Shown here piece after piece: positions 29,627-40,127 of a DNA stretch of 64,000 bases; position 1 is the first letter of the stretch; the number at the start of each line of letters is the position of its first letter. The stretch comes from Arenicellales bacterium (GTDB taxonomy: Bacteria; Pseudomonadota; Gammaproteobacteria; Arenicellales; JAJDZL01). Below the pieces are notes generated by a model. That model did not search any database. It saw only the letters and a list, made by a program, of their open reading frames with translations, and was not told the DNA's origin. Both the position numbers and the translations under genes were made by a program. The DNA lies in contig OZ253563.1 of NCBI GenBank assembly GCA_965262855.1, forward strand, positions 1,635,011 to 1,699,010, written 5' to 3'.

Positions 29627-31859
29627 CAGGGCGAATTTTTGTTCAGTTCAACTGTATGATATGAAATAAATAGCGTCTGATACTGGACTTTTCTGATTGA
29701 TTCGTGTATGGTTCAGCCAACTGAAGTTGAACTGAAACGGTGAGAGATGAATTTGTCGGAGTTGGTCATCGTACCGGTCAGACGCGACGAGGAGGAGAAA
29801 TTCCTTGCGCTGATGCGGCAGCATCACTATCTTGGCGCCCCGCACAAGATCGGTGAGAGCGCGTTTTATGCCGCGGTTTTGCAGGGCCGATGGGTTGCGC
29901 TGAGTTCATTTTATGCGGCGGCCCTGAAAAGCCGCGCCCGAGATGAGTGGCTCGGCTGGCACCCAAGAGACCGTGGCGCAAGACTGCACCTGATCACCAA
30001 CCAGAGCAGATTCCTCATTCTGGAGCCGATTGCGAATCTCGCATCCCGCACTTTATCGTTGCTGGCCAAGCGTGTCGTCAAGGACTGGCCGGTGCGATTC
30101 GGACACCCGGTGCTGCTGATGGAGACTTTCGTTGACCCGCAGCGCTTTGCCGGAACCTGTTATCGCGCGGAGAACTGGATACAGATCGGGCAGACGGCCG
30201 GCTATCGGCGACAACGCCGCGGCTACCGACAAGGCTCATCACCGAAGCTGATGTTTGTGCGCCCGCTTCGGTCAGATGCGCGCCGGTTGCTCGGTGGCGC
30301 ACATCTTGATTCCCACTATTTCCCGAAAGGAGTTTGCAGGAAAATGTATACGGACGCGGATTTCAAGTCATTGCTGGATTATTTCTCACACATTGAGGAC
30401 CCGCGCGGGCGTCGCGGGCGGCGCTATCGCCTCGGGACACTGCTGGCCATTGCGGCGGCAGCCACAGTTTGCGGTGCGCGCGGCTATCAGGAGATGGGCG
30501 AATGGGTACAGGCGCAGTCAGAAAAGGTGCTTCGTCATTTCAGGGTTGGATTGCGGCGTGGCAAAGTCCAGCGTCCAAGCGTGTATTGCATCCGCGAGGC
30601 GCTGGTCAGAACCGACCCCGGGCAGTTCGATGACGCGCTTCGCAAATGGTGCATATCGATTGACGGCTGCGATGAGGCGATTGCGATCGATGGCAAGACG
30701 ATGAAAGGAGCGGTTGACGGGAACAATCGCCAGATTCATGTGCTGGGCGCCTGTGGGCATCAAAGTCGCATGCATCTGGCAAAAAAAAAGATGAGGCTTG
30801 ACTCGGACGGGAGTGAGGAGCAAAAGTACACCAACGAGATCGGCGCGTGCATCCCGTTGCTGAAATCGATTGATGACCTCAATGGCAAAGTGATCACCGC
30901 TGATGCGCTGTTGACGCAGCATGCGATTGCGAGCTATATTCTCAGCCGGGGCGGGCACTATATGTTTATTCTCAAGAACAACCAGAAAGATCTCACTGGC
31001 GAGGTGAGTATTCATTTTACCGATCTGCTTCGACTCAGACCGGATACTGAAGCTGACTTTGTCACCCGCACCGGTGACGCGACCGATGCAGGGAAAAAGG
31101 TGCCCAAGGTCCAGCATGGACGTCATGAGATCCGCGAAATCCGGGTCAGCGACAATGCCGAACTGATGGCGTATCTGAATCGCGAGTCGAAATTTCCGGA
31201 CATCGCGCAGATATTCCGCATTCGTCGCACGATTGACCACTACCGGCGTGGCGAGGTAACCAAGACGACGCAGGAAACCGTTGTCGGGATCACCTCACTG
31301 CAAGCCGCTCAGGCTGATCCGAAGACTTTGCTGGGGCTCAACCGCGGCCATTGGACCATTGAATCGAATCATCGCATTTTGGACGACTCAAACACCTGGC
31401 ACGAGGATCACCTTCTGATTCGCACCGGGCATGGACCGGAAAACGTCACGGCACTTCGCCGATTTGCGATCTCGGTGATCAGACGGCACGCAGAATCAGT
31501 TGCGCCGACGATGCGCAAATTGCGCACCAACGCACGTTTGCTCCTGGATTATCTGGGCCTGGCCGGGAACACGCGACGCAGGGGTCGGCGTTCGCCGATC
31601 ACCGGGGCCGTATGTCGATAACCCACCGAATTGTGATTGCGAAAAATCGTTGTTCGGCAACAGCCGAAACAGGAAAAATCCGTACTCCCATAGGACAGTT
31701 CACTGAAAGAATACTGAAAATCGGTTGCGGCATCACCTGAAGCGGTTCAAATCAGGCACAGTGCATGGTTTCATGCCAGTGGCCTGAACATACTTGTGAT
31801 CCATAGGCTAAAATCACGAGTCGATGGCGTTCGGTTAGCGTGACAAAAAATTTGCCTTG
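29627..31859 (+). mobile_element. ISAs1-family insertion sequence (2233 bp) with 10-bp target duplication CGGGCAGACC
   Basis: TSD at 29617-29626 and 31860-31869; imperfect IRs CAGGGCGAATTTTTGTTCA / reverse complement CAAGGCAAATTTTTTGTCA; GC-rich. Confidence 0.9.
29747..31621 (+). CDS. DUF4338 (DruA-like) domain fused to an ISAs1 DDE transposase
   Basis: N-terminal HHYLG..NQSRFLIL..LMETFVDP..GTCYRAENW; C-terminal EDPRGRRG, IAIDGKT, ITADALLTQ, LKNNQ, RGHWTIESNH. Confidence 0.88.
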   Translation: MNLSELVIVPVRRDEEEKFLALMRQHHYLGAPHKIGESAFYAAVLQGRWVALSSFYAAALKSRARDEWLGWHPRDRGARLHLITNQSRFLILEPIANLASRTLSLLAKRVVKDWPVRFGHPVLLMETFVDPQRFAGTCYRAENWIQIGQTAGYRRQRRGYRQGSSPKLMFVRPLRSDARRLLGGAHLDSHYFPKGVCRKMYTDADFKSLLDYFSHIEDPRGRRGRRYRLGTLLAIAAAATVCGARGYQEMGEWVQAQSEKVLRHFRVGLRRGKVQRPSVYCIREALVRTDPGQFDDALRKWCISIDGCDEAIAIDGKTMKGAVDGNNRQIHVLGACGHQSRMHLAKKKMRLDSDGSEEQKYTNEIGACIPLLKSIDDLNGKVITADALLTQHAIASYILSRGGHYMFILKNNQKDLTGEVSIHFTDLLRLRPDTEADFVTRTGDATDAGKKVPKVQHGRHEIREIRVSDNAELMAYLNRESKFPDIAQIFRIRRTIDHYRRGEVTKTTQETVVGITSLQAAQADPKTLLGLNRGHWTIESNHRILDDSNTWHEDHLLIRTGHGPENVTALRRFAISVIRRHAESVAPTMRKLRTNARLLLDYLGLAGNTRRRGRRSPITGAVCR

Positions 31860-32610
31860 CGGGCAGACCTGATCCTGTCGGTGGTCGCAAGAGATAGCGG
31901 TAGAGAGTATCGAATGTTTTTTATGATTGAGCACAAGAGTACGCAAGATTCGCGAGCAATGCAACAGATACTGGAATATCAAACCTGCTACTATGCGGTT
32001 GAAGATCATCCGTTAATTACTATACTGGTCTATCACGGCCACGTGAAGAAGTGGAAGAGTCCACTACAGTTTCAAGATGCAATGAAAGATTTGCCTCCGT
32101 CTATGCGTGAAGAGTATGGCAGTGCACTGCAGAACATCAATTGTCAGTTGCTGAATTTGCAAGATGAGGAAATTCAACAACTAGCCAAAGTGTTGGAATG
32201 TGAAGTGGCAGTATATATACTGTGCGAATTACGACAACTGACAGATAAAAAAGTCCAGGAGATATTCCGCTCCAGATTGAAGATATTCGACAAGAAGAAA
32301 CGAGAGTATCTAATATATCAGACAGCTTACTATATTCAGGGATGTCACCCGATAAAATACTCGATAAATCGATTGATCATGCTTGAACAGAATACCTTGA
32401 AGGAGGCAGACAGAATCATGCCAAATTATCAAACTAGCATGGACATATTACGTGAAGATGCGCGCGAAGAAGGACGCGAAGAAGAACGCGAATTTATTGC
32501 TATGAAGATGATTCGCAGGGGTGCGGATTTTGACACGATTAGCGAATTTACTCGGCTAAACCCCAAACGCATATCGGAATTGCGGAGTAAAGTCATCCTT
32601 TGACTTCACT

Positions 32611-33528
32611 TCATAACTGCTTATTTTTATCTAACAGAAAATTTCGTGCTTTCCATGCCTGTGCGCTGGAAGCAAAGATTGCTTTGGGATCATAATCCAA
32701 ATCACGTATCCAGGAAAGGAGATATGATTCGTGAAGCAATTCGCCTCGGATTCCAAATTCTGCACATAGAAAAGCAGAGCCAATTTCTGCAATCATTTCT
32801 TCAAACGCGTATGCCTTGGGCTCACCGTCAGTAGGGAAGGCAATACCGCGCCGATTCAGTCGGGAGGCATGTCCCGTCCAGTGAGTAAGTTCATGCATCA
32901 AGGTGCTGTAATAACCTGCTGTTGATTTAAAGGCAGCTTTTGGCGGCATCCGAATAAAATCTCTCTTTGGACTGTAGTAAGCATTGTCATTGTCATGTCG
33001 AATATTTACTCCGTTTGAAATAATGAGATTGTCAGCTGCCTGGTGTAATTTCCAATTTGGAATTTTAGTCTTCACAACAGGACCAGTGATGATGTCCTGT
33101 GGCAGCCCACTACACTGCTCGACATTGAATAGTGTGAATCCTCTAATCAATTTGATCGTATCCATTTCAGGCTGACCAGAATCATTCATTACATGAAAGC
33201 CCCTGAAGTCTTTTCTTACAATTTCAATATCTCTATATAAAACCGCAACTGTACCTTTTTGCCCACGGCTAACTTTACCACCCACAGCCGACACTTGATT
33301 GAATGTCAGCCATCGGTCACGCGCAAATCCTCGGGAAGCAGCAGAAATCCAAAGAATCGTTACATTAACTCCAGTGTACTTTCTATCAGTTACGGCGTTA
33401 GTGGGTCGATCAGTGTAGGGAACATCTTCCGACCACGGTTTGATCCAAGGCGGAGCCCCAGTTTTCAGAGCTTCAATAAATTGATCTGTAATTTTTTGGT
33501 ATAAGCTTTTTGGACTATTCCGAGCCAT
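32611..33528 (-). CDS. ardC: ArdC/DUF1738 antirestriction ssDNA-binding protein with zincin-like domain
   Basis: PPWIKPW, YTGVNVTIL, RWLTFNQ, FNVEQC, HELTHWTGH, YAFEEMIAEIGSAFL. Confidence 0.9.
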   Translation of the reverse strand: MARNSPKSLYQKITDQFIEALKTGAPPWIKPWSEDVPYTDRPTNAVTDRKYTGVNVTILWISAASRGFARDRWLTFNQVSAVGGKVSRGQKGTVAVLYRDIEIVRKDFRGFHVMNDSGQPEMDTIKLIRGFTLFNVEQCSGLPQDIITGPVVKTKIPNWKLHQAADNLIISNGVNIRHDNDNAYYSPKRDFIRMPPKAAFKSTAGYYSTLMHELTHWTGHASRLNRRGIAFPTDGEPKAYAFEEMIAEIGSAFLCAEFGIRGELLHESYLLSWIRDLDYDPKAIFASSAQAWKARNFLLDKNKQL

Positions 33529-34110
33529 TTTTCAAACGCATTTCTGAATTTGGAATAAATGTAGCAAACCAAAAAAGGACCACCACTAGAAAAACAGAAT
33601 TGAATTGATGGAAATAAGCTCACTTTCATCTGGTGAGCTGTCGCATTGGGGACCCATACTTTTCCTACAGTGGAGCATTGTGGCTAGCATTGGCTGATCG
33701 CTCTATATTGATTGTGCACTTTGTCGACATGGTTACTCGAATCAAATCGAAAAGCCCCCACCAGTCTCTAAATTGAGTCACATTTAACACTAACGTCGTT
33801 TGGTGACACACAACACTTTCTGCATGATGAATAGGCTTGAACTCAGGTCCAAATGTCAATGTCGTTCAGTAGCCTAAACACTGTCACGGTTACCAAAACC
33901 TGTTTCTTGTTTTTTCGATACCTTGGTTCCGTTTTCAAGATACCAAGAATTGGCGTAGGAATTACTTCAGACAGGCAGTGGACTGAGCTAAACGAGAAAT
34001 AACCATTCGACAATTGTCTTATCTGCTTTATTCCTTGAAACAACTAGTGCTGAAACCACAATTATTTAATATTGAAAGCGAGTATCAATCCAACGTTCCT
34101 ACACTAAAGA

Positions 34111-35681
34111 GTCGATCCTGAAAAATCCATTTATCCCGTGGTTGGAAGCAATTGAGTCGCGAACGAATTTGTTGATCGACTCTGTAACCATCGTGCACCG
34201 GAATTGAATTCCGTGATGAGACGATTTGCCCTCTCCCAACAGCGTATCGGCGCCCAAAACCGTCCCCAAAAATCGAGACAAAAAAACCTCAGGCGCTTCA
34301 ATATCAAGCGTAAATTATGTCCTGCACAGCACAGCAGCACGTTCATCTGATCACCGAGCGTGCCTTTGAGATAATTGCGTCCCAGCAATCCATCGCTCTT
34401 CAGGTGACCAATAATCGGTTCAATCGCCTGTCGACGTTTCAGGCTTCGCTTTAACCGTTGCGTGGTGATGCCTCGCTTCTGACCGGAAATATACACTTCG
34501 CTTAGACTCTCGCCATGCCCCCGGTAACCCCGATCCACAAAAACCTCATCTATCCGCTGCCCGCTCATCCGACGTACCTGCTCCAGTACTCCAGTCAAAG
34601 TATGTCCATCATAGGGGTTGCCTGACAATGCCATCCCTCCGACCACGAAGTTACTCTTGTTGGTCGCCGCGATACTCACCTTCACTCCAAACTCATAATG
34701 CTTATGAGCTTTGCCCTTTGCAAGGCATTCCACTTCCGGAGCATGCAGGCTGTAGAGTTTGTTCTTGTCGTGTCGTTGCTGCTTCAACAACCGACGCGCT
34801 AACGACAGTTCCTCAGCAAACTGCCCTTGTCGTGTGGGGTCTGACGCAATCTTGCGTTCGATATCGCGAACCACACGTCCCAAATAGGTTCGCAGTGTTT
34901 TGACTTCGCGACGCATTCGACGATATTGCCGGGCATGGGCATATCTGTTCGCTTTGAGTAACGCTTTCGGTCCTTTTCGAGCATAACTCTGGCGAAGCAC
35001 CACGGCATGTTTTCGGCATAAACGAACCAGCCGCTCACGCGAGCGGTTCAATAACCTGCTGTCGGTCGGATAACTCACCGCCTTCTCCTGCACCGTGGTA
35101 TCCACCGTCACTCTTTTAAGATCCGAGGGTTTCACCACTTTACTTGTCACGCCAACAGTCACCGTGAGCTGCAGAATCAACTCACAGCCACTTTCGCCAA
35201 TGCGCTTTCGATATCGGGTCATACTGCTCGGGTCAATCGGAAGTTTATGCTGGAAATGGACTTCGCCGCAAAACTTCTGCCAGTAAGGATTCTCCACCCA
35301 TCTGTCTACCACTTCCTCGTCAGACATGCCGTACATATGCTTCAGCATTTGCAGACCCACCATCAGGCGAGTGGGTTTGCCGGGGCACCCTTTATTCGGG
35401 CAATACAGGGATCCGAAGCTTTCGTCGAACACCGACCAGTCGATCATCTCGGCCAGGCGGTAGAGTTCGTGATTGCGGTTGATGATGTTGTCCAGTTGCA
35501 GTCGGAACAGGTCGAACTGGGTTTGATTTGAAGGTTTTTCAGGGATCATTTTTCACTCCGAAATTGCAAGGAATTGACTATGAATTATAACATTACTTGC
35601 AATATCAGAACAGTGATTATGGAAGATTATATTAATATAAACAGCATGTTATGTACTATTTATTGATTATTCAGGGACGAC
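34111..35681 (-). mobile_element. IS5-family insertion sequence (~1.57 kb)
   Basis: IRs GTCGATCCTGAAAAATC / reverse complement GTCGTCCCTGAATAATC; flanked by a TAAAGA duplication (or AAAG if the IRs extend 1 bp). Confidence 0.85.
34131..35549 (-). CDS. IS5-family transposase (DUF772 + DDE)
   Basis: LHNELYRL-like start, MSDEEVVDRWVENPYWQ, VDTTVQEK, KHYEFGVK, VDRGYRG, RRQAIEPIIGHLK. Confidence 0.93.
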   Translation of the reverse strand: MIPEKPSNQTQFDLFRLQLDNIINRNHELYRLAEMIDWSVFDESFGSLYCPNKGCPGKPTRLMVGLQMLKHMYGMSDEEVVDRWVENPYWQKFCGEVHFQHKLPIDPSSMTRYRKRIGESGCELILQLTVTVGVTSKVVKPSDLKRVTVDTTVQEKAVSYPTDSRLLNRSRERLVRLCRKHAVVLRQSYARKGPKALLKANRYAHARQYRRMRREVKTLRTYLGRVVRDIERKIASDPTRQGQFAEELSLARRLLKQQRHDKNKLYSLHAPEVECLAKGKAHKHYEFGVKVSIAATNKSNFVVGGMALSGNPYDGHTLTGVLEQVRRMSGQRIDEVFVDRGYRGHGESLSEVYISGQKRGITTQRLKRSLKRRQAIEPIIGHLKSDGLLGRNYLKGTLGDQMNVLLCCAGHNLRLILKRLRFFCLDFWGRFWAPIRCWERANRLITEFNSGARWLQSRSTNSFATQLLPTTG

Positions 35682-35878
35682 TAAAGAGATGTAATTGAAT
35701 TTCTAGCCCGTCTTGTCATTTAAACCGAAAGGTTGAAAAGCCAATTTCCTAATTGGTATTGGGAAATTTGATTTCCCGATCATTCAAAACAACTTATATG
35801 CACCAATGAAAAAATTAACTACGAGTAGTTCAGAATTAAGTGTTCTATTCTTTATCGAATTGTTAGACATTTGGCACC

Positions 35879-36640
35879 ATGAATGTAAATCTGCAAATTC
35901 TGATTTGTTTAGGACTGGTTGTGCTTTGTTCAACAGTGACACCTTCTTACGCCATCGAAAGTCATCGTTCTGATCGTTATACTCTGCACTCACTCATAGC
36001 TAGCCCTAGTCAAAATGACCTGCTCTCAGCTGTCATACAAACCGAGTTTCCACCTCATATTGGCACAGTCGGTTCGGCCGTCGACTATATCCTACTACGC
36101 TCCGGTTACCGACATATAACAACACCGTCAGCCGTTACGGCTATGTCACTTCCACTGCCACAGTCTCATCGATCTATCGGGCCTCTTGATGTCCGCTCTG
36201 CCTTGAGAACAATTGTTGGAAAATCTTGGCAATTACTTGAAGACAACCAACTGAGAGTAGTCTGGTTTCAGCTAGCAGGGGCACTTCCGGAGCAGGACCA
36301 GAGATTGGGGTCACCAGCGTTAACTGAAATTATCGAGGCGAATCAATCAAGTTTTCCGAGTTCTGTCGATACAGATCAATTACTTGAATGGAAGCTCGAG
36401 AATTCTCGAACTCTTCGCGAGAACTTTGAGATTTGGGCACGAATTGCAAACTGGTCGCTCGAATGGAATAGCCGACATGACTACGAAATTTCGCACTCTA
36501 CAAATTTTCGAGGCACACTGAAGAATGCAGTGCAAAGTGTACTTGAACACTATCGAAGAGCTCCGATACCCCTTTCCGCTACATTTTTTACTGGCAATTC
36601 GGTTCTTTTAATTCAACCTCGATCGCAAGTTGGCAAGTAA
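35879..36640 (+). CDS. pilL: PilL (PFGI-1 type N-terminal domain + TcpQ-like C-terminal domain)
   Basis: RYTL..QNDLL..TVGSAVDYILLRSGY..PLPQSHRSIGP; C-terminal WKLENSRTLRENFEIWA..WSLEW. Confidence 0.8.
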   Translation: MNVNLQILICLGLVVLCSTVTPSYAIESHRSDRYTLHSLIASPSQNDLLSAVIQTEFPPHIGTVGSAVDYILLRSGYRHITTPSAVTAMSLPLPQSHRSIGPLDVRSALRTIVGKSWQLLEDNQLRVVWFQLAGALPEQDQRLGSPALTEIIEANQSSFPSSVDTDQLLEWKLENSRTLRENFEIWARIANWSLEWNSRHDYEISHSTNFRGTLKNAVQSVLEHYRRAPIPLSATFFTGNSVLLIQPRSQVGK

Positions 36641-36821
36641 TTTAAAAAAGAAACTTACATGCAATATTCCCTACACACCAGGTTCAAGCTCGATGTTAAT
36701 CGTTATTACCAATGTCACTACAACCCTGTCCAGTAGCTCTGATACTAGAAACAAAAGTTCACCTTCAGTTCCTCTCGTCGTTCCGAAAAAAAGTCCACTG
36801 GCTCGACTAGTAGCGAGAACC

Positions 36822-38381
36822 ATGCGAATTCCCCCAGTTTCACTTCTCTTTTGTATTACTTCCTTCTCATTTTTGATGTTGCACGGGTGTAACCTGCCAT
36901 CTTGGATAAATGCGCGATCAGACAATTTGACCAACAAGGTTGAATCTGCACTAGTAAGGTCATCGAATGAAAATCGAACACCTCTACTAAATTTAGATCT
37001 GACAAAGGAATCTTTAGGTTCCTGGCTCGGTTCCCATGTACCAATCCGTACGCTTGAAGCTCCGAAAATTATTCCAGAAGCACTTTTGCAAATCATCGAC
37101 ATAACTTATGTTGAACCGGTATCTTTGAACGAAATCGGCCGGCTCATTGCATCGAAATCCGGCATTTCAGTCAGTGTCGACCCAGACATACAATCCACCA
37201 CGCTCACTAATCTGAATTTTAGCGGCCCGGCATCTGCAGCACTCGACTATCTAGCCAGCCAACTGGGCTTTAGCTGGCGCGTTCGAAATTCCGCGGTCGA
37301 GATATTTCACACCGATCTGGAAACCTGGGTTATCTACACTCCATTAGTCAGTTCCCAGTGGAAAGCATCGGTGGGTCTATCTGGTTCGGTGCAAGGCGGT
37401 GGTGGTGGCTCTGATCTGCAAGCACGGGATCAGGTGGTGGTCTCGATGGATACTGCTGAGTTCTGGTCACAGCTGGAGACGACCATCACCGGATTGCTGT
37501 CACCCGCCGGTCGTTTGACGCTCAACCGCCAATCCGGAGAACTCATAGTGATCGACACACCCCGCTCACTCACGCGCGTTGATGAGTGGATTATCGGCAA
37601 GAACCAAGAGCTTGCAACTCAAGTGGTTGTGCATGTGGATCTGTATGAGATCGAACGTAACGAAGATGCAATCTCAGGCTTTAACTTTCAGGGCATTGTG
37701 CAGGAAGCACTTGGCTCAAGTGCAGCGGCGATCGAATTCGGCAGCGATGACACCGGCGCTCTGTTTGGTCTACGCTTAACTCATTCACCGCAAAATGCCA
37801 TCGACCAAACCGATATCTCGCTGATTTTGCGCAAAGCATCCGGAGACGGTCACGTCGCAAAACTGACCTCGACTGTCCTGCGTGGAATGAACGGACATCC
37901 TGTACCGGTATTCTTCGGTGACGAGACCTCCTATCTTCAACGTCGAGACGTAGTTACTGACGAAGGATTGACGACAGTGCGACTAGTGCCTGGAAAACTC
38001 CAAGACGGCATTGCACTGAACATGATCCCTCGAGTCCTACCGAACACTGATCGCCTGCTACTCAACATTACAGTGCGGACGACTCGGATCAAGGGAATCA
38101 GTCGCTTCCCTGCGGATGCCGGACCCAATGACCCGGTAATCCAGTTGCCAGATCTGGAATCACGCTCGGTATTACTGCCAGTGATGCTACGATCAGGCGA
38201 AACACTATTTGTAGCAGGACTGGACACCGCCCGCACTACCAGCAGTCATTCCAACGGGATTTTGTCTAAGGATTCAAAAGCGCAAAACCGCCGTGCGAGT
38301 CTGGTGTTGCTGATCACGCCGCACATCATTCACCCGCCGCTCGAGATAGCCGGCTTCAAAAAACCGAGGCGCTTCAGATGA
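36822..38381 (+). CDS. pilN: Type IVb pilus liposecretin PilN
   Basis: Lipobox LHGC after ATG 36822; NGHPVP, KLQDGIALNMIPR, LRSGETLFVAG, LVLLITPHII. Confidence 0.88.
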   Translation: MRIPPVSLLFCITSFSFLMLHGCNLPSWINARSDNLTNKVESALVRSSNENRTPLLNLDLTKESLGSWLGSHVPIRTLEAPKIIPEALLQIIDITYVEPVSLNEIGRLIASKSGISVSVDPDIQSTTLTNLNFSGPASAALDYLASQLGFSWRVRNSAVEIFHTDLETWVIYTPLVSSQWKASVGLSGSVQGGGGGSDLQARDQVVVSMDTAEFWSQLETTITGLLSPAGRLTLNRQSGELIVIDTPRSLTRVDEWIIGKNQELATQVVVHVDLYEIERNEDAISGFNFQGIVQEALGSSAAAIEFGSDDTGALFGLRLTHSPQNAIDQTDISLILRKASGDGHVAKLTSTVLRGMNGHPVPVFFGDETSYLQRRDVVTDEGLTTVRLVPGKLQDGIALNMIPRVLPNTDRLLLNITVRTTRIKGISRFPADAGPNDPVIQLPDLESRSVLLPVMLRSGETLFVAGLDTARTTSSHSNGILSKDSKAQNRRASLVLLITPHIIHPPLEIAGFKKPRRFR

Positions 38382-39607
38382 GCGCACATCTCATCGCAGG
38401 CAGGAAACTGGCAGCAGGGCTGACTTGGCTTGTGCCCGGTACGCTTCCTACTACGTCAAGCGAAGCACGCAAGGCACGCGGGCTCCAAACAATTAGACCG
38501 ATACCGCTCGGCTATGCAGAGCTTGAGACGCCTGCCGGCACACAGACCGGTGCAACAGCTGACCCGACCGACATCGGGCTGGAGAGTTCCGCCGCCTGGC
38601 TAGCGCTGGCACAATCGTCTGCTGTTTTGATTGAGAAACTGGATTCCGATCAATACTGGTTGTGCGCAGTCGAAGACGGCGCTGTGTTCCCAGCCGGTGA
38701 CATCATCGGCGATAAGGACCTGATTGCGTCAAGGCTGGATGAAATTCGTCTCGACATTGAAGGCACAAAAATTCGACTGTATGAAAAAACCGGCCTGTTT
38801 GCACTTGACGACTGCGAGCCGTTAAATCTTTCCGATCTGATCGCAGATATTGAGCCGCAGGGTGACATCAGCTGTCGACTGATTCGCACCCGCAATCTCA
38901 GAAAACCGCTGTTGACGAGTATTACGGCAGTGCTCATTGCGATCAGTGGATACGGCGCCTGGAATTACTATCAGAAATTGACGGACGATAGCAGCGAGAC
39001 CAACCGAATTCGCCTCGCCACTCGACAGGCACAATTAGTCGAGACAGAAAAGATGTTGTTGAAGGAAAATCTGTCGCAAAACGCTTCGGCTTTGCTGGCC
39101 AACCTCGCCGACACGATCTATAACCGCCCGCTTCGTGCTGCTGGCTGGCATACCGGCTCCTACGAATGGAACAAAGATTCGGTGACTGCAACCTGGCAGC
39201 GAGCCCACGGTAGTATTGCCGATATCTCCGAACACTTGGAATCACGTGATCATCATCTCGATGAGGAGTCCAGAACCGTGATCGAACGTTTCGAGTTTCC
39301 AGCGCATGAAATTGCCGAGCTTCCGCCCATGGAGGAATACTTGGGCGGGCAGCACCAGCGCCATCAACTGCTGGACATACTGGCCAGACTACCGGGCAAG
39401 TGGACGCTGAGTCCGCCGCAATCCAGCGGCAAAGGGTATCTTGTACAGCGTTCTGAACTACGTGGCTCCAGTGAGCGGTTACAGGATGTTATTACGGTTG
39501 CGCATGCACTTTCAAAGTTACCGGTGCGAATTACCAGATTGAAGTTTCAGCTTGGAAACTCGTACGAATGGAATATGGAGGGAGACTACTATGGAATTCA
39601 TGAGTAG
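38378..39607 (+). CDS. pilO: Type IVb pilus accessory protein PilO
   Basis: AAGLTW N-terminus, YWLCAVEDG..GD, single TM; ATGA overlap with pilN. Confidence 0.75.
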   Translation: MSAHLIAGRKLAAGLTWLVPGTLPTTSSEARKARGLQTIRPIPLGYAELETPAGTQTGATADPTDIGLESSAAWLALAQSSAVLIEKLDSDQYWLCAVEDGAVFPAGDIIGDKDLIASRLDEIRLDIEGTKIRLYEKTGLFALDDCEPLNLSDLIADIEPQGDISCRLIRTRNLRKPLLTSITAVLIAISGYGAWNYYQKLTDDSSETNRIRLATRQAQLVETEKMLLKENLSQNASALLANLADTIYNRPLRAAGWHTGSYEWNKDSVTATWQRAHGSIADISEHLESRDHHLDEESRTVIERFEFPAHEIAELPPMEEYLGGQHQRHQLLDILARLPGKWTLSPPQSSGKGYLVQRSELRGSSERLQDVITVAHALSKLPVRITRLKFQLGNSYEWNMEGDYYGIHE

Positions 39608-40127
39608 AGCTACCGTACTCATAATGTCTCTCGTTTTGCTTGAAGTGGCTCACAGTTCTGATGTCGGCCAATTGCCCCCGCCGTGCCGTCAGTACACCAG
39701 TACGGTGGCACTGATCGACTGCCTGCAGAACCAGCAGGAAATTTTGCAACAAGTGGTCAAGTACTACGACTTGGCAGCTAAGCTCGCCGCTTTACAGGAT
39801 GAGATACAGTCAAAGCCACCAGCTTCCGACATACCAGACTTGAAATCGTCGCGAGCGCAAAGCGACCCAGTGATTGAGCGCGTCAACTGGTTCGACCAGC
39901 AACTTGAAGTGTATGCAGTCGTCGGTACACCGCGAGAACTGACAGCGTACGCCCGTCTGGAAGGCCGAGAGTACCGCCTGCGTGAAGGCGATTCATTTCG
40001 CCTGGCGCGAGTAACCAAAGTTCATCCCAGAGGTGTTGATCTGTCGGTATCTGGACACGAAATCTCGATCGGTCTGTCCGGACAGACGGCTCGACTCGTT
40101 GAGGCAGCAGTCGATGTCCAAAAGTAA
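39600..40127 (+). CDS. pilP: Type IVb pilus biogenesis protein PilP
   Basis: Signal-like N-terminus, beta-rich C-terminal VYAVVG..AYARL..LREGD..VTKV; position between pilO and pilQ. Confidence 0.65.
   Translation: MSRATVLIMSLVLLEVAHSSDVGQLPPPCRQYTSTVALIDCLQNQQEILQQVVKYYDLAAKLAALQDEIQSKPPASDIPDLKSSRAQSDPVIERVNWFDQQLEVYAVVGTPRELTAYARLEGREYRLREGDSFRLARVTKVHPRGVDLSVSGHEISIGLSGQTARLVEAAVDVQK

Larger units (their letters stand above)
29410..32603 (+). pseudogene. Rpn/YhgA-like PD-(D/E)XK nuclease (transposase_31) gene split by ISAs1
   Basis: 29410-29626 (..HNAFFHEIF..ERRAD) + 31870-32603 (LILSV..IEHKS..REEGREEE) rejoin in frame to 951 nt (316 aa). Confidence 0.85.

Noticed and set aside
29747-30320. 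DruA-like domain suggesting a Druantia defence system
   Set aside because: The domain lies inside an IS with IRs and TSD and is fused to the transposase; no DruB-E genes nearby
36630-36821. 64-aa N-terminal extension of PilN in the ORF track (likewise the extended starts for pstA, pilQ, pilR, PFL_4710 and TIGR03750)
   Set aside because: Downstream ATGs give proper lipobox, signal or stop-start overlaps; the extensions are low-complexity or overlap upstream genes
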